64,000 nucleotides of DNA from Thermodesulfobacteriota bacterium (GTDB lineage: Bacteria > Desulfobacterota > Desulfobulbia > Desulfobulbales > SURF-16), in NCBI GenBank assembly GCA_039715015.1, contig JBDLIE010000011.1, positions 1,843 to 65,842 of the forward strand. The letters run 5' to 3'. How positions within the stretch are numbered: the stretch's first letter is position 1; every line of letters starts with the position of its first letter. A program made the position numbers and the translations under genes. Under the pieces are notes generated by a model. The model was not told where the DNA came from and did no database searches. It was given only the letters and a program-made list of their open reading frames with translations. Of the stretch, positions 9,951 to 18,904 are shown in pieces.

Positions 9951-10858
9951 TCCGTGGTGTACACGGTTGTGTCAGGGTGAAAGGCCTGCCAGGCAAACCA
10001 GTATGAAAAAATGTGGGGAACAGGGCGGCCCTTGTCATCTTCGACGCTTATGATTTCCCTCTCTTTACTGGTCTTGATATGGATAGTTGTCCCAGCGATT
10101 GTGTCCTGGATGACGCCTCTTTTCCGGGTGATCTCCTGGAGCGGGTATGCCTTGGCCGCGTCATTTATGACAATCCCCAGAACCCGTTGTTTTCCTGATA
10201 AGTCTTTTCTAACTTTGCCCACCGGAAAGAGCAACGTCCCTATCCGGTAATATCCCTCATAAGGGTCAATTGAATAATCGCGCCTATAGCCTGTTTCATT
10301 CGAGAGAACGAGGCTTGCCGGATGTTTTTTGAGCCAGGATTTCCATTTGATCCGTTTTGATGGGATCTTTTTTAGGGAAGAACGGACAAGAGGCCCTGAG
10401 ATTGCCTTTTCCATGAGTTGCGACCAGAGGCTTTCTGTCTGGTGATCATAAAGAAGAACATTGCTCTTATAAAGCCTTCCTGAGATGCCGAATGTGTAGG
10501 TGCGATTATTAATCTTTCTGGAGAAGACCACCCCAGTCTGGGTAAGCGGTCAGAAGGTGACGACTATAGCTTCGCCTCCCAGGGTATCATTAACCGCTTC
10601 GTGCCAGTTGAGTATTTTTATGGGGTAGGCCTTTGACTGACCATTAATGGTAACGCCGATAACTTCATCACTGCGGGCAAGAAAAGTAGCCTGCTGAGGA
10701 GTTATGAATTGTGGACTCCGCAAGGCGGGGATGCCGTCTTTAGGCGGGCCGCCGGAAAGAATCTCCTCTCTGGGGACAAGGGCATTGTCCAGGGAAAACC
10801 CGAAGGCGAAGAGAGAAGTAAGCAGCAGAGACAATAACAGGAAGTTGCTTTTTCTCAT
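9947..10858 (-). CDS. DUF3179 family secreted protein interrupted by one in-frame TGA (10547-10549); candidate selenoprotein or nonsense pseudogene
   Basis: Track ORFs 10550..10879 and 9947..10531 are in the same frame and separated only by TGA. The joined sequence reads ...GGEAIVVTF-[TGA]-PLTQTGVVFSRKINNRTYTFGISGRLYKSNVLLYDHQTESLWSQ. The signal peptide is MRKSNFLLLSLLLTSLFAFG. The ATG at 10858 forms an ATGA overlap with the upstream gene. Confidence 0.6.
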
Positions 10859-11196
10859 TTTATTTCCTTTACAGCGCAAATGAGATCATCAAGGGATTTG
10901 AATCCATCAAGTTTCTTTGAAGGTATAGCTATTTTTAGAGGCTCTGTTTTTTTCAGGACAACAGGATACTCAAAATTCATCTTATATTTTTTTTCAAATT
11001 CATCTCTGTGAAGAAATTCCATTTTAATGTCGGAATTTTCCCGAAATTCCTTCCATTTCTTGTTTTCACTAAAAGTGTCAAAGGTCATTTCGCATAAATT
11101 GCAGGTATACGTCTCCGGATTAATTATTTTATGGCCAATATCAAGCATTTTACCCATAAAGCCGCTGTCAGCATTATAAACAAATATTAATTCCAT
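10855..11196 (-). CDS. Conserved small hypothetical protein with a CxxC motif
   Basis: 113 aa. It carries TYTCNLCEMTF (CNLC) and is translationally coupled (ATGA) to the DUF3179 gene. I recall similar small proteins as uncharacterised. Confidence 0.6.
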   Translation of the reverse strand: MELIFVYNADSGFMGKMLDIGHKIINPETYTCNLCEMTFDTFSENKKWKEFRENSDIKMEFLHRDEFEKKYKMNFEYPVVLKKTEPLKIAIPSKKLDGFKSLDDLICAVKEIK

Positions 11197-11374
11197 GGAG
11201 TCCCCCTGTAAAATGACTATTTTTGCCCGAGTGTTTATGTTGAATATCTTCGGCAGATGAGCTTAGAAAGTCAACATTTTAGCAAATAAGAAGATTGGTT
11301 AACATTTCCCTGCTGAACGTGATAATCTCCTTATACTGGTTGCTACTTTAATAAAAATAGAAAAGGAGGGTTCC

Positions 11375-11689
11375 ATGTCAGTCATTCCATCTAAGCAATA
11401 TAATAAGCTCAAAGAACGGCACCCGAAATTTATGGAAGCCCTTGAAGAACTGGGAAAAGCTGCCAAGCAGGCAGGGCCGATTGACGAAAAAACAGCACAA
11501 TTAATTCAACTGGCTGCTGCAACTGCCAATCGTTCTGAAGGAGCTGTGCACAGCCACACGAGAAGAGCTCTTGAAGCCGGAGCCTCCTCTGAAGAAATTT
11601 ATCAGGCCATTCTTCTTCTCACCAGTACAGTGGGTTTCCCAAATGTGACTGCAGCACTCAGCTGGGCGGGTGATGTCATCGAGGGGTAA
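11375..11689 (+). CDS. Carboxymuconolactone decarboxylase (AhpD-like) family protein
   Basis: 104 aa with a CMD-family pattern (DEKTAQLIQLAAATANRSEGAVHSHTRRALEAGAS.EEIYQAI). The usual CxxC cysteines are absent. RBS AAGGAGG lies upstream. Confidence 0.75.
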   Translation: MSVIPSKQYNKLKERHPKFMEALEELGKAAKQAGPIDEKTAQLIQLAAATANRSEGAVHSHTRRALEAGASSEEIYQAILLLTSTVGFPNVTAALSWAGDVIEG

Positions 11690-11881
11690 TATATTCTCTT
11701 GGCCTTTTTTGGGGGTTCATCACGGAGTACCGTTTTTTGGGGTCTCATCCAAACCGGCTGGAGTTTACCTTGTCGGCTAATCATATATGATATCTACCTG
11801 CTGTTGTTCGGGATACTGAAAAAGCTGGTGAAAATCGTTGCCGCCAAGTCGCTAATAGTGCTATAGAGACTCAGCACCGCA

Positions 11882-11907
11882 GCCACAGGGGTTCCCTGTG
11901 GCTTTTT
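11882..11907 (+). terminator. Strong Rho-independent terminator-like hairpin not adjacent to any CDS end
   Basis: Perfect 9-bp stem GCCACAGGG (11882-11890) pairs with CCCTGTGGC (11894-11902), with loop GTT, followed by T5 (11903-11907). It lies about 190 nt after the CMD stop. Confidence 0.5.
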
Positions 11908-11966
11908 GTTTTCAAGGCCTGGGTCGATTCTGTGCTGGGCCAAATAGAAATGTAAACGGAACCATC

Positions 11967-13583
11967 ATGATAAACGCCGCCAATGTTGCCCTCTCCTATG
12001 GCAAGAGGGTCATTTTTCAAGACGTAAATATTAAGTTCACCCCTGGCAATTGCTATGGCTTGATTGGCGCCAATGGCGCTGGCAAATCAACCTTTCTGAA
12101 GATCCTGGCGGGTGAGATTGAACCTGACCGGGGCGAGGTCTCCATCGGCTCAAGAGAGCGTCTGGCCATGCTCCGGCAGGACCATTTCGCCTTTGACGAG
12201 GAGAGTGTTCTCAACACGGTGATCATGGGCCACGCCCGTCTTTATGAAATCATGGCCGAGCGTGAGGCCATCTATGCCAAAGCCGAGTTTACTGACGAAG
12301 ACGGTGTTCGCAGTGGTGAGTTAGAGGCCGAGTTTGGTGAGATGAACGGCTATGAGGCCGAGCCTGAGGCCGGTACTCTGTTGGCTGGCCTCGGTATTGG
12401 TGAGGAGCTCCATCATAAAAAGATGAAGGAGCTTGAGGGCGGCGAGAAGGTGCGGGTACTCTTGGCCCAGGCTCTGTTCGGTAACCCTGATATTCTCCTT
12501 CTTGATGAGCCCACCAACAACCTGGATATAGATTCCATCGCTTGGCTGGAGCATTTTCTGGAGCGTTTCGCGAATACGGTGATCATCGTCTCCCATGATC
12601 GCTATTTCTTGAACCAGGTCTGTACCCATATGGCGGATATCGATTTTGGCAGGGTCACCGTCTATGCCGGTAATTACGATTTCTGGTATGAGGCCAGCCA
12701 GCTTGCCCTCCAGCAAAAACAAAACGAGAACAAAAAGGTGTCGGCCAAGGCCAAAGAACTCAAGGATTTTATCCAGCGCTTCTCCTCCAACGCGTCCAAG
12801 GCCAAACAGGCCACCTCGCGCAAAAAGCTTCTCGATAAGCTCACTATTGAGGACATGCCTGTTTCTTCGCGTAAGTATCCCTTTATTCATTTTAAGGCAG
12901 GCCGTCCTTGCGGCGATACCATTTTGGAGATTGAGGGTTTGAGCAAGGAGGTGGACGGCGTAGCTGTTCTTGATGACGTTAGTTTGACGGTGAACAAGGG
13001 GGATAAAATCGCTTTTGTCGGCAGTACAAACAGCCTGGCTAAATCCACCCTTTTTGCCATCCTGGCCGGTGAGATGGGGCCGGATAGCGGTAGTTACCGT
13101 TGGGGGGTGACCATGTCCACCTCTTATTTCCCCAAGGAGAACAGTGATTTCTTCCAGGATGACTCCAACCTGGTGGAGTGGCTGGGGCGCTTTACGCCGG
13201 TTACAGAGGGCGAAAGCTTTGCCCGCGGTTTCTTAGGCAAGATGCTTTTTTCAGGCGAAGAGGCCCTGAAGAAGACCTCGGTGCTTTCCGGTGGTGAGCG
13301 GGTACGCTGCATGCTGTCGCGGATGATGCTCTCCGACGCCAATGCTTTGCTTTTAGATGAACCAACCAACCATCTTGATCTGGAGTCGATCACTGCCCTT
13401 AATAATGGCCTGATGGAGTTCCCGGAGGTGGTGCTCTTTGCCTCCCATGATCACCAGTTTGTCTCCACCATTGCCAACCGCATTGTCGAGATCCTTCCCA
13501 ACGGCCTTATTGACCGCATGATGCCCTTTGATGAGTACCTTGCGGATGAGAAAATAGCGCAGTTGCGCTTGGAATTGTCATAG
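11967..13583 (+). CDS. ABC-F family ATPase (YbiT/EttA-like, two ABC domains, no TM domain)
   Basis: Two Walker A motifs (GANGAGKST and a degenerate GSTNSLAKST), two signature motifs (LEGGEKVR, LSGGERVR) and a linker rich in K/Q. I chose the ATG at 11967 (MINAANV...) over the upstream extension in the ORF track. Confidence 0.9.
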   Translation: MINAANVALSYGKRVIFQDVNIKFTPGNCYGLIGANGAGKSTFLKILAGEIEPDRGEVSIGSRERLAMLRQDHFAFDEESVLNTVIMGHARLYEIMAEREAIYAKAEFTDEDGVRSGELEAEFGEMNGYEAEPEAGTLLAGLGIGEELHHKKMKELEGGEKVRVLLAQALFGNPDILLLDEPTNNLDIDSIAWLEHFLERFANTVIIVSHDRYFLNQVCTHMADIDFGRVTVYAGNYDFWYEASQLALQQKQNENKKVSAKAKELKDFIQRFSSNASKAKQATSRKKLLDKLTIEDMPVSSRKYPFIHFKAGRPCGDTILEIEGLSKEVDGVAVLDDVSLTVNKGDKIAFVGSTNSLAKSTLFAILAGEMGPDSGSYRWGVTMSTSYFPKENSDFFQDDSNLVEWLGRFTPVTEGESFARGFLGKMLFSGEEALKKTSVLSGGERVRCMLSRMMLSDANALLLDEPTNHLDLESITALNNGLMEFPEVVLFASHDHQFVSTIANRIVEILPNGLIDRMMPFDEYLADEKIAQLRLELS

Positions 13584-14141
13584 AGCAAAAGCCATTAATC
13601 AGCTTACCTTTTCTCCGCATATTTTTTATGCTTTTTGCTTCCTAAGCCCCTAAAGAAAAGCAAAGTGGCTTGTAGGGGGGCGATATTTTCCTCTTGAAAG
13701 ACTATAGGGGATCAAGATAAAAAATCGGCATACAACATCGAATTGTCTATGAAAGAAATATTCCTAACAACGATAACGATACAACGAACACTTTTTCAAA
13801 GCGGTAGAAGGCGCGTATTCTATGAGGAGACGAACTTTAACCTGTGAATTAGCAAAGATGAAAAAGGATTGATAACAGGCCTAGGGCCAATCTTTAGCCC
13901 CCCTATGGGATTGGATAGACCTTAATTGGTATTTGGTAAAGATGATCATAGGCATATAGGGGAAAAGGAATATTTTCAAAAAAAGATTTGTAAAATTAAA
14001 AGCCTTTTTTATAAGTAAGTTAGGAGTACAAAGCCAGATAACCATCCTGAATGAGTGTTGCTCTCGTGACAGGCGGCGGGGAAGTTCTTCAGTACCACGG
14101 CAATTTTTTAGAGATATCTACCTTTAACAAGAGAGGATGTA

Positions 14142-14558
14142 ATGAAAGAAGCTGACTTGAGAAAACGTCATCGGTACATTGGGGTCTTCCTGGCCATTTT
14201 TATCATATCTCAGGCAGGAACCGGCTTGCTTCTGTCTGTTGCCGGCCTGATCACTCCACACGATCATTCCCTTCACGCCACCGAAAATGTCCATCATGGT
14301 GGCGACCATCAAAGCACGCCTCACCAAGATAGCCATTCCAACGATCACCCGGCGGATATAAGCCATCATGAACCCATGCAGCAAACCGCTGGCGAGGAGG
14401 TTCCTGCATGGGTCCAAGTATTGCGATCTGTGCATGGTGGCGGGGGGATTATAGGGGGAATATACAGGATTGCTATTGGCTTAGGAGTAATTAGTATGGC
14501 CATGTCCGGCCTGCTCATCTTTTTCAAGATTCAGAGCAAGAAAAAGCAGCGGCAATAA
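14142..14558 (+). CDS. Small membrane protein with a His-rich loop (PepSY-associated-TM-like ends)
   Basis: 138 aa. N-terminal RKRHRYIGVFLAIFIISQAGTGLLL and C-terminal GLGVISMAMSGLLIFF helices flank a loop with about 14 His (HDHSLHATENVHHGGDHQSTPHQDSHSNDHPADISHHEP). RBS GAGAGGA lies upstream. Confidence 0.6.
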   Translation: MKEADLRKRHRYIGVFLAIFIISQAGTGLLLSVAGLITPHDHSLHATENVHHGGDHQSTPHQDSHSNDHPADISHHEPMQQTAGEEVPAWVQVLRSVHGGGGIIGGIYRIAIGLGVISMAMSGLLIFFKIQSKKKQRQ

Positions 14559-14630
14559 AAAGCTGACCCAAAGTAGGGGCACGGAAGCTAATTTGGGGGC
14601 CAGCCAGTGAGGCGTCTGGATAACTACCAA

Positions 14631-15032
14631 TTATTGTTTTGCTTGCGAGTACCAAAAAGAGGCAACGCTGCCATAAATGAAATTGAGGATAATGACGACC
14701 ACGGGCATCAGGGTTCCAAAACCAAGGCCATAGTACCCTTTGCCCATTTGAGGCAAGACAACAAAGAGCATCATGGCTGAGGGAACAAGGCTAAAGAGCA
14801 TACCCCGTGTAATAATACGTCTATTCCAAATGGGCAGGAGAAGAAGAAGCATCCAGATGCCTCCCCATATCATGCGTTTGTAAATCCATGGCGCCGTGAA
14901 TTCAGGTTTCATGGTAATGCCAATGAAGTCTGACAGGCCCGTTTTACCCATGGCCCAAATATTGAAACAGTCCAAAAGGGCGCCCAGGGCACCACCGGTA
15001 AAAGCTCCGCTCATTCTACGGCTTATGTTCAT
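14631..15032 (-). CDS. Hypothetical integral membrane protein
   Basis: 133 aa with about 4 predicted TM helices. AAGGAG lies upstream of the ATG. Confidence 0.55.
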   Translation of the reverse strand: MNISRRMSGAFTGGALGALLDCFNIWAMGKTGLSDFIGITMKPEFTAPWIYKRMIWGGIWMLLLLLPIWNRRIITRGMLFSLVPSAMMLFVVLPQMGKGYYGLGFGTLMPVVVIILNFIYGSVASFWYSQAKQ

Positions 15033-15143
15033 TGTAGACTCCTTTTGTCTTCAGGTCTAAAATCAAGCTGCTTGAAAATAATGTAACTGCTCTTAACATT
15101 ATGGCGAACGATTGGCGGTACCCAGAATCTTAAGCCATAAATC

Positions 15144-15953
15144 CTACTCTTTACCTGCTTCTGAGAGTGCCTTGATCTTTTTTACCTGGTAGCTTGAGAG
15201 ATCAAAATTTTCCTGGCCCATTGTTTGGTAAATGGTGATTTCTTTGAGCCGGCAGCGTGCTTTTCCCAGGGAGGATGTAAGTTGGATGTCGGTGGGCATG
15301 GCCGGGTAGTTTGGCGCCAGCTTTTGATAATCGCTGTAGATTGTTTTCTTGTCAGGTTCTATCAGAGAAAGGATGTGGCCTGTTTTCTTATCAAACCGCA
15401 TCTCGCCATCAATGAGTGGTAGTTTAACAGTATCTTTGCCGATTATGAGACTGCTGCCTGGCAAGATTTTAAGATCGTTAAAGTTGATCATCAAGGATGA
15501 AAAGATCTCCTGCGGCCCTTGGGCCGCTTCTTGTTGTTTTTTGTCGGTCTTGCCCACATATAGGGTCTGTTTGGACGGGATATAGACCTTTGTAACGCCT
15601 TCTTGAGCTACCATGTCAAAAAGGGTGGCGCCGAAGAGGTGGAAGGCTTTAATCCGCAGCCTGGTGTTTTCACCATCTTTGCTCAGGTAAATAATACCGG
15701 AAAAAGAGGAAGGCATCTTCGCCGGCGGCGGGTCCATATTGATCTGGAAATAGGCGGTGAAGGTGGCCAGACCCTGCGCTCTATGGCGCATGCTTTTTAG
15801 CAGGCTTTCAGGGGTTTCCCGGGCCCAGTTGATATGAAGCTCTGGTGCTTGCTCTGTTGGGAAACGACGCGTTTTGCAGCCCGCAGTGATCAGCAGCAAG
15901 AGAGACAGAGCAATAAGTAAAAGAAATGAAAAAGGGCGCTGATTAAGAGTCAT
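15144..15953 (-). CDS. Putative lipoprotein (LolB/DUF4292-like; family assignment tentative)
   Basis: Lipobox in LLLLITAGCKT. The ATG at 15953 forms an ATGA overlap with the stop of the upstream deacetylase gene. The ORF track starts at 15974. Confidence 0.6.
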   Translation of the reverse strand: MTLNQRPFSFLLLIALSLLLLITAGCKTRRFPTEQAPELHINWARETPESLLKSMRHRAQGLATFTAYFQINMDPPPAKMPSSFSGIIYLSKDGENTRLRIKAFHLFGATLFDMVAQEGVTKVYIPSKQTLYVGKTDKKQQEAAQGPQEIFSSLMINFNDLKILPGSSLIIGKDTVKLPLIDGEMRFDKKTGHILSLIEPDKKTIYSDYQKLAPNYPAMPTDIQLTSSLGKARCRLKEITIYQTMGQENFDLSSYQVKKIKALSEAGKE

Positions 15954-16783
15954 GGTTTTAGAGTTTTCAGACAATCTTCAATGGCGGTTAGTTTGAGGCG
16001 GTCCATGAGCAGTTCAAGACTGCGAATGGGGCTCCGCAAACCATAGGCAAGAACCGCTCTTTTGACAAGGGGTAATGCGCGGTCATACCGATGGTTGGTA
16101 AAATCCACCGGATGGAGAAAGAAGGTGGCGGGCGACCCTTTTTGGTTTAATGTTTTTACCTTCCGCAGAATGAGGGCCATGGGCCAGGTTCTAAGGCCCC
16201 AACCCCCTGCCGCCGGGACCTTGAGCCCTGCCAGGTTAAGGACCATGGGCGGAAATTCCCAAAGATTGCCCTCCATTATGTCACCAGCCAGGGTATGGAC
16301 CACCTCCGGAAAACCGGGGTCGCCAATGATGGGCATGGGGGCGTGGCTGGAATCATAACTATAGCCATTTCCAAGCAGGAGATCGATGGCCCAAGGCGTC
16401 TTTTGGTTCAGTGACCATTGCGGGGCCCGAAAGCCTTTGATCTGCTGGCCGCAGATTTCTGAGAGTAGTTGAGTGCCGGTCGCCAGATCTTCCTGGAAGT
16501 CCTGTGGTGACAGATCGTAGAGAAGCTGGTGATTGTCGGTGTGGTAGGCAATCTCATGACCGGCCTTGGCAATGCGTTCCACCAGATGCGGATGGCGGCG
16601 GGCAGAGTAGCCGAGGATGAAAAAGGTGGCCCTGGTTTTTCTCTCTGCCAGAAAGAGGAGAATTTTTTCAGTTGCCTCTTCAAGGATGGAAGGGTAGCTG
16701 TCCCATTCTTCCCGGGGCAGGAGATGGTCCACCTCGCAGATGTGAAACCAGTCCTCCCAGTCTATGGTGATACAGTTCTTCAC
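15950..16783 (-). CDS. Polysaccharide deacetylase (NodB-homology) family protein
   Basis: 277 aa. ITIDWEDWFH ... RATFFILGYSARRHPHLVERIAKAGHEIAYHTDNH is a typical NodB-fold motif pattern. Confidence 0.8.
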   Translation of the reverse strand: MKNCITIDWEDWFHICEVDHLLPREEWDSYPSILEEATEKILLFLAERKTRATFFILGYSARRHPHLVERIAKAGHEIAYHTDNHQLLYDLSPQDFQEDLATGTQLLSEICGQQIKGFRAPQWSLNQKTPWAIDLLLGNGYSYDSSHAPMPIIGDPGFPEVVHTLAGDIMEGNLWEFPPMVLNLAGLKVPAAGGWGLRTWPMALILRKVKTLNQKGSPATFFLHPVDFTNHRYDRALPLVKRAVLAYGLRSPIRSLELLMDRLKLTAIEDCLKTLKP

Positions 16784-17304
16784 CAGGACTGAGTCCCTGT
16801 TGGCAGCAGATTGTGCAGCATGCGGATTCTGTCCATCCTTCTGACAATCTTGGTGTTGTTCTTAAAAAGATACTCCTCCACTTCAATCGTCATTTTGTCA
16901 GCCTGGGAGAAGACATTCTGCAGGGCCACCAGGCGGCCATTTCCCTCAAAGGCAATATATTTTCCTGCTTCATTCTGAACGGCCTTAATTGCCGATACCG
17001 ATGGCAGATAGGTGTTGAGTGTTTCCTGGTTAAGGCTGCCTGTTTGCAGCAACTCTTCTTTATGTTCCGTGAGGATAGCGATACGTTTCTCGGCGGCCTG
17101 CCTGGAGTTTTCTCGATCAATGGGGTGGATTTGGCAGAGATCAAAGAGGGGCACCGTTTTAAAGTGGGAATGGCTCCTTTTGCGATGGATATCGAGAACC
17201 ACCTTGCCAAGGAGGACATCCGCCTCTGACATCTCTTTAAGTTCAGAACGCTTTCCCCACAGGTAATGACCAAGATTTTTAAGCCAGCTGAGCAGAGGTT
17301 TCAT
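16780..17304 (-). CDS. Hypothetical protein
   Basis: 174-aa ORF packed tightly between its neighbours (4-nt overlap downstream, 3-nt gap upstream). I recognise no family. Confidence 0.5.
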   Translation of the reverse strand: MKPLLSWLKNLGHYLWGKRSELKEMSEADVLLGKVVLDIHRKRSHSHFKTVPLFDLCQIHPIDRENSRQAAEKRIAILTEHKEELLQTGSLNQETLNTYLPSVSAIKAVQNEAGKYIAFEGNGRLVALQNVFSQADKMTIEVEEYLFKNNTKIVRRMDRIRMLHNLLPTGTQSW

Positions 17305-17307
17305 GAC

Positions 17308-17727
17308 TTACTGCTCTTCTTGGATCGTATTTTTGATCAACCTTCCCTCCGCTTCGGAAAGAGGGCCGTACCAGCGCGGATAATCCCAGCCGTAGCCCCA
17401 CCTGAAGCGGGTTGGCAGGATAGGAGTGCCCCCCACCCGAACACCGCCGAGCATGAGGTTGGCGATGGCCGGTTCCCCCACCTGGGCCACACATTCGCGG
17501 AGTTGTTTGTCTGCGTCCCGGCGCTGACTGTATGTGCCACCCAGCCAGTAGGCACGGTCATGTTCTGTACAGCATTCGAGCCACAGCTCTTTATGAGATA
17601 AGGTACCGTTAGGAAAACTACTGCAGCCATCCGTTGTGAAGGCCTTTAACTGGCTACTGCTCTGGCATGCAGCGAGCAACAATAGGGGCAGCAAGAGGAT
17701 AAGGGCAAATCGAATATGTGGGATCAT
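17308..17727 (-). CDS. Lipoprotein with a secreted-phospholipase-A2-like catalytic motif
   Basis: Lipobox LLLAACQ. CCTEHDRAY matches the sPLA2 CC-x2-HD-x2-Y spacing, and DGCSSFPNG lies upstream in the position of a Ca-loop. Confidence 0.55.
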   Translation of the reverse strand: MIPHIRFALILLLPLLLLAACQSSSQLKAFTTDGCSSFPNGTLSHKELWLECCTEHDRAYWLGGTYSQRRDADKQLRECVAQVGEPAIANLMLGGVRVGGTPILPTRFRWGYGWDYPRWYGPLSEAEGRLIKNTIQEEQ

Positions 17728-17746
17728 GGAGTCACCATAGCATCTT

Positions 17747-18904
17747 TTACGCTCTTTTTTGAAACACCGACCTGAGCTGGGGATCCCAGAGTGCCACCAG
17801 GGGAGAAAGGAAACGGCCTATGACTGGGCCGGGATCGCGGAGGCTAAGAAGATCGTCGCAGGTTGAGAGATCCCAGAAATCAGATGCTACCCGGCCGCGC
17901 TTGCTGACGAGATGGAGAAGGTCTGCAGGAAGGATATTACGCATCTTAAGGCCGACCTGGCTTTCAGGCAGCTCAAAGCCCTGGCCCCTGGCCCATTTAT
18001 AGAGAAGTAGCGGGAAATCGACTCCGGCCTTGATGGCCAGGGGTAACGAACCCCAAAAACGGGGGTTTATTTCCAGAAAATAGGCTGTGCCGGTGCGGGG
18101 ATCAACCTTAAACTCCACCATGGCAATCCCCTGCCATTTTATCTTTTTAAGCAAATTCACAGCATCACGCTCGGCCTGCTCATGGACTGTTGCCTGGCGC
18201 AGGGAGCTGGGCCCACCCTGGATGGGATATTCCCGTAGTCGTTTATGGGTAAAGGAGGCCAGGACATTTTGATCTTCGCCCATAAGTATTGAGACGCCAA
18301 GGCCGTAGCCGTCCCTGGCAACCATCTCTTGGGCCAGATATCTGTTGCCACTCTTGTGGATTATCGTCAGGGCTGCATCAAGGTCCTGAACATCATGGCA
18401 GTAAAACAGGCCGCGCCCTCCCTCGCCCATATCTGGTTTGAGAACCAGTGGCAGGCCAAGTTTATTAACGAGCTGTTCGCCATCTGTCTCTGGGGTAATG
18501 GGCTGGCCAGCAGGAGCTGTAATCCCGGAATCTAAGGCTGCCTTGTGTGCAGAAATTTTACTGGCTGCCTGCCGGAGGATTTCATGGGGAGCAAAGGGGA
18601 AGAGAATATGGGGTGTAAAGCGTTGCCGGGTCCGAGAAAGCAGGAGGAGAGTGGAAAGCTCCATGGGTATGAGGACATCGTAATCAAGGGTTTTGATCTC
18701 ACGATCAATGTCGTTTAGGAAGGCCTCAGGATTCTTGAGAGGGGCAGAGTAGGTGAAACGCCTGGAGGGGTATCTGCTCAGCATTCCGGCGGCCAGGGCG
18801 CTCGACTCACCCACCGTCACCCTGAGGCCATGGCTGGCCAGGGAGCGGATGGCAGCCACGGATTTGTTCCAGTGGCCATCGAGGATAAGGACGCGGGAGT
18901 TCAT
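17747..18904 (-). CDS. ATP-grasp domain protein (carboxylate-amine ligase type)
   Basis: 385 aa. The N-terminus MNSRVLILDGHWNKSVAAIRSLASHGLRV and the central/C-terminal ATP-grasp pattern (PLVLKPDMGEGGRGLFYC ... VEFKVDPRTGTAYFLEINPRFWGS) fit the family. Confidence 0.8.
   Translation of the reverse strand: MNSRVLILDGHWNKSVAAIRSLASHGLRVTVGESSALAAGMLSRYPSRRFTYSAPLKNPEAFLNDIDREIKTLDYDVLIPMELSTLLLLSRTRQRFTPHILFPFAPHEILRQAASKISAHKAALDSGITAPAGQPITPETDGEQLVNKLGLPLVLKPDMGEGGRGLFYCHDVQDLDAALTIIHKSGNRYLAQEMVARDGYGLGVSILMGEDQNVLASFTHKRLREYPIQGGPSSLRQATVHEQAERDAVNLLKKIKWQGIAMVEFKVDPRTGTAYFLEINPRFWGSLPLAIKAGVDFPLLLYKWARGQGFELPESQVGLKMRNILPADLLHLVSKRGRVASDFWDLSTCDDLLSLRDPGPVIGRFLSPLVALWDPQLRSVFQKRA

Noticed and set aside
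12321-12890. Long antisense or alternative-frame ORFs lie inside large genes. Examples are 12321..12890, 20679..21287, 26807..27328, 48574..49185, 49737..50684 and 61824..62702.
   Set aside because: Each lies wholly within a CDS that has clear family motifs. They are typical shadow ORFs, and none shows recognisable motifs or an RBS.
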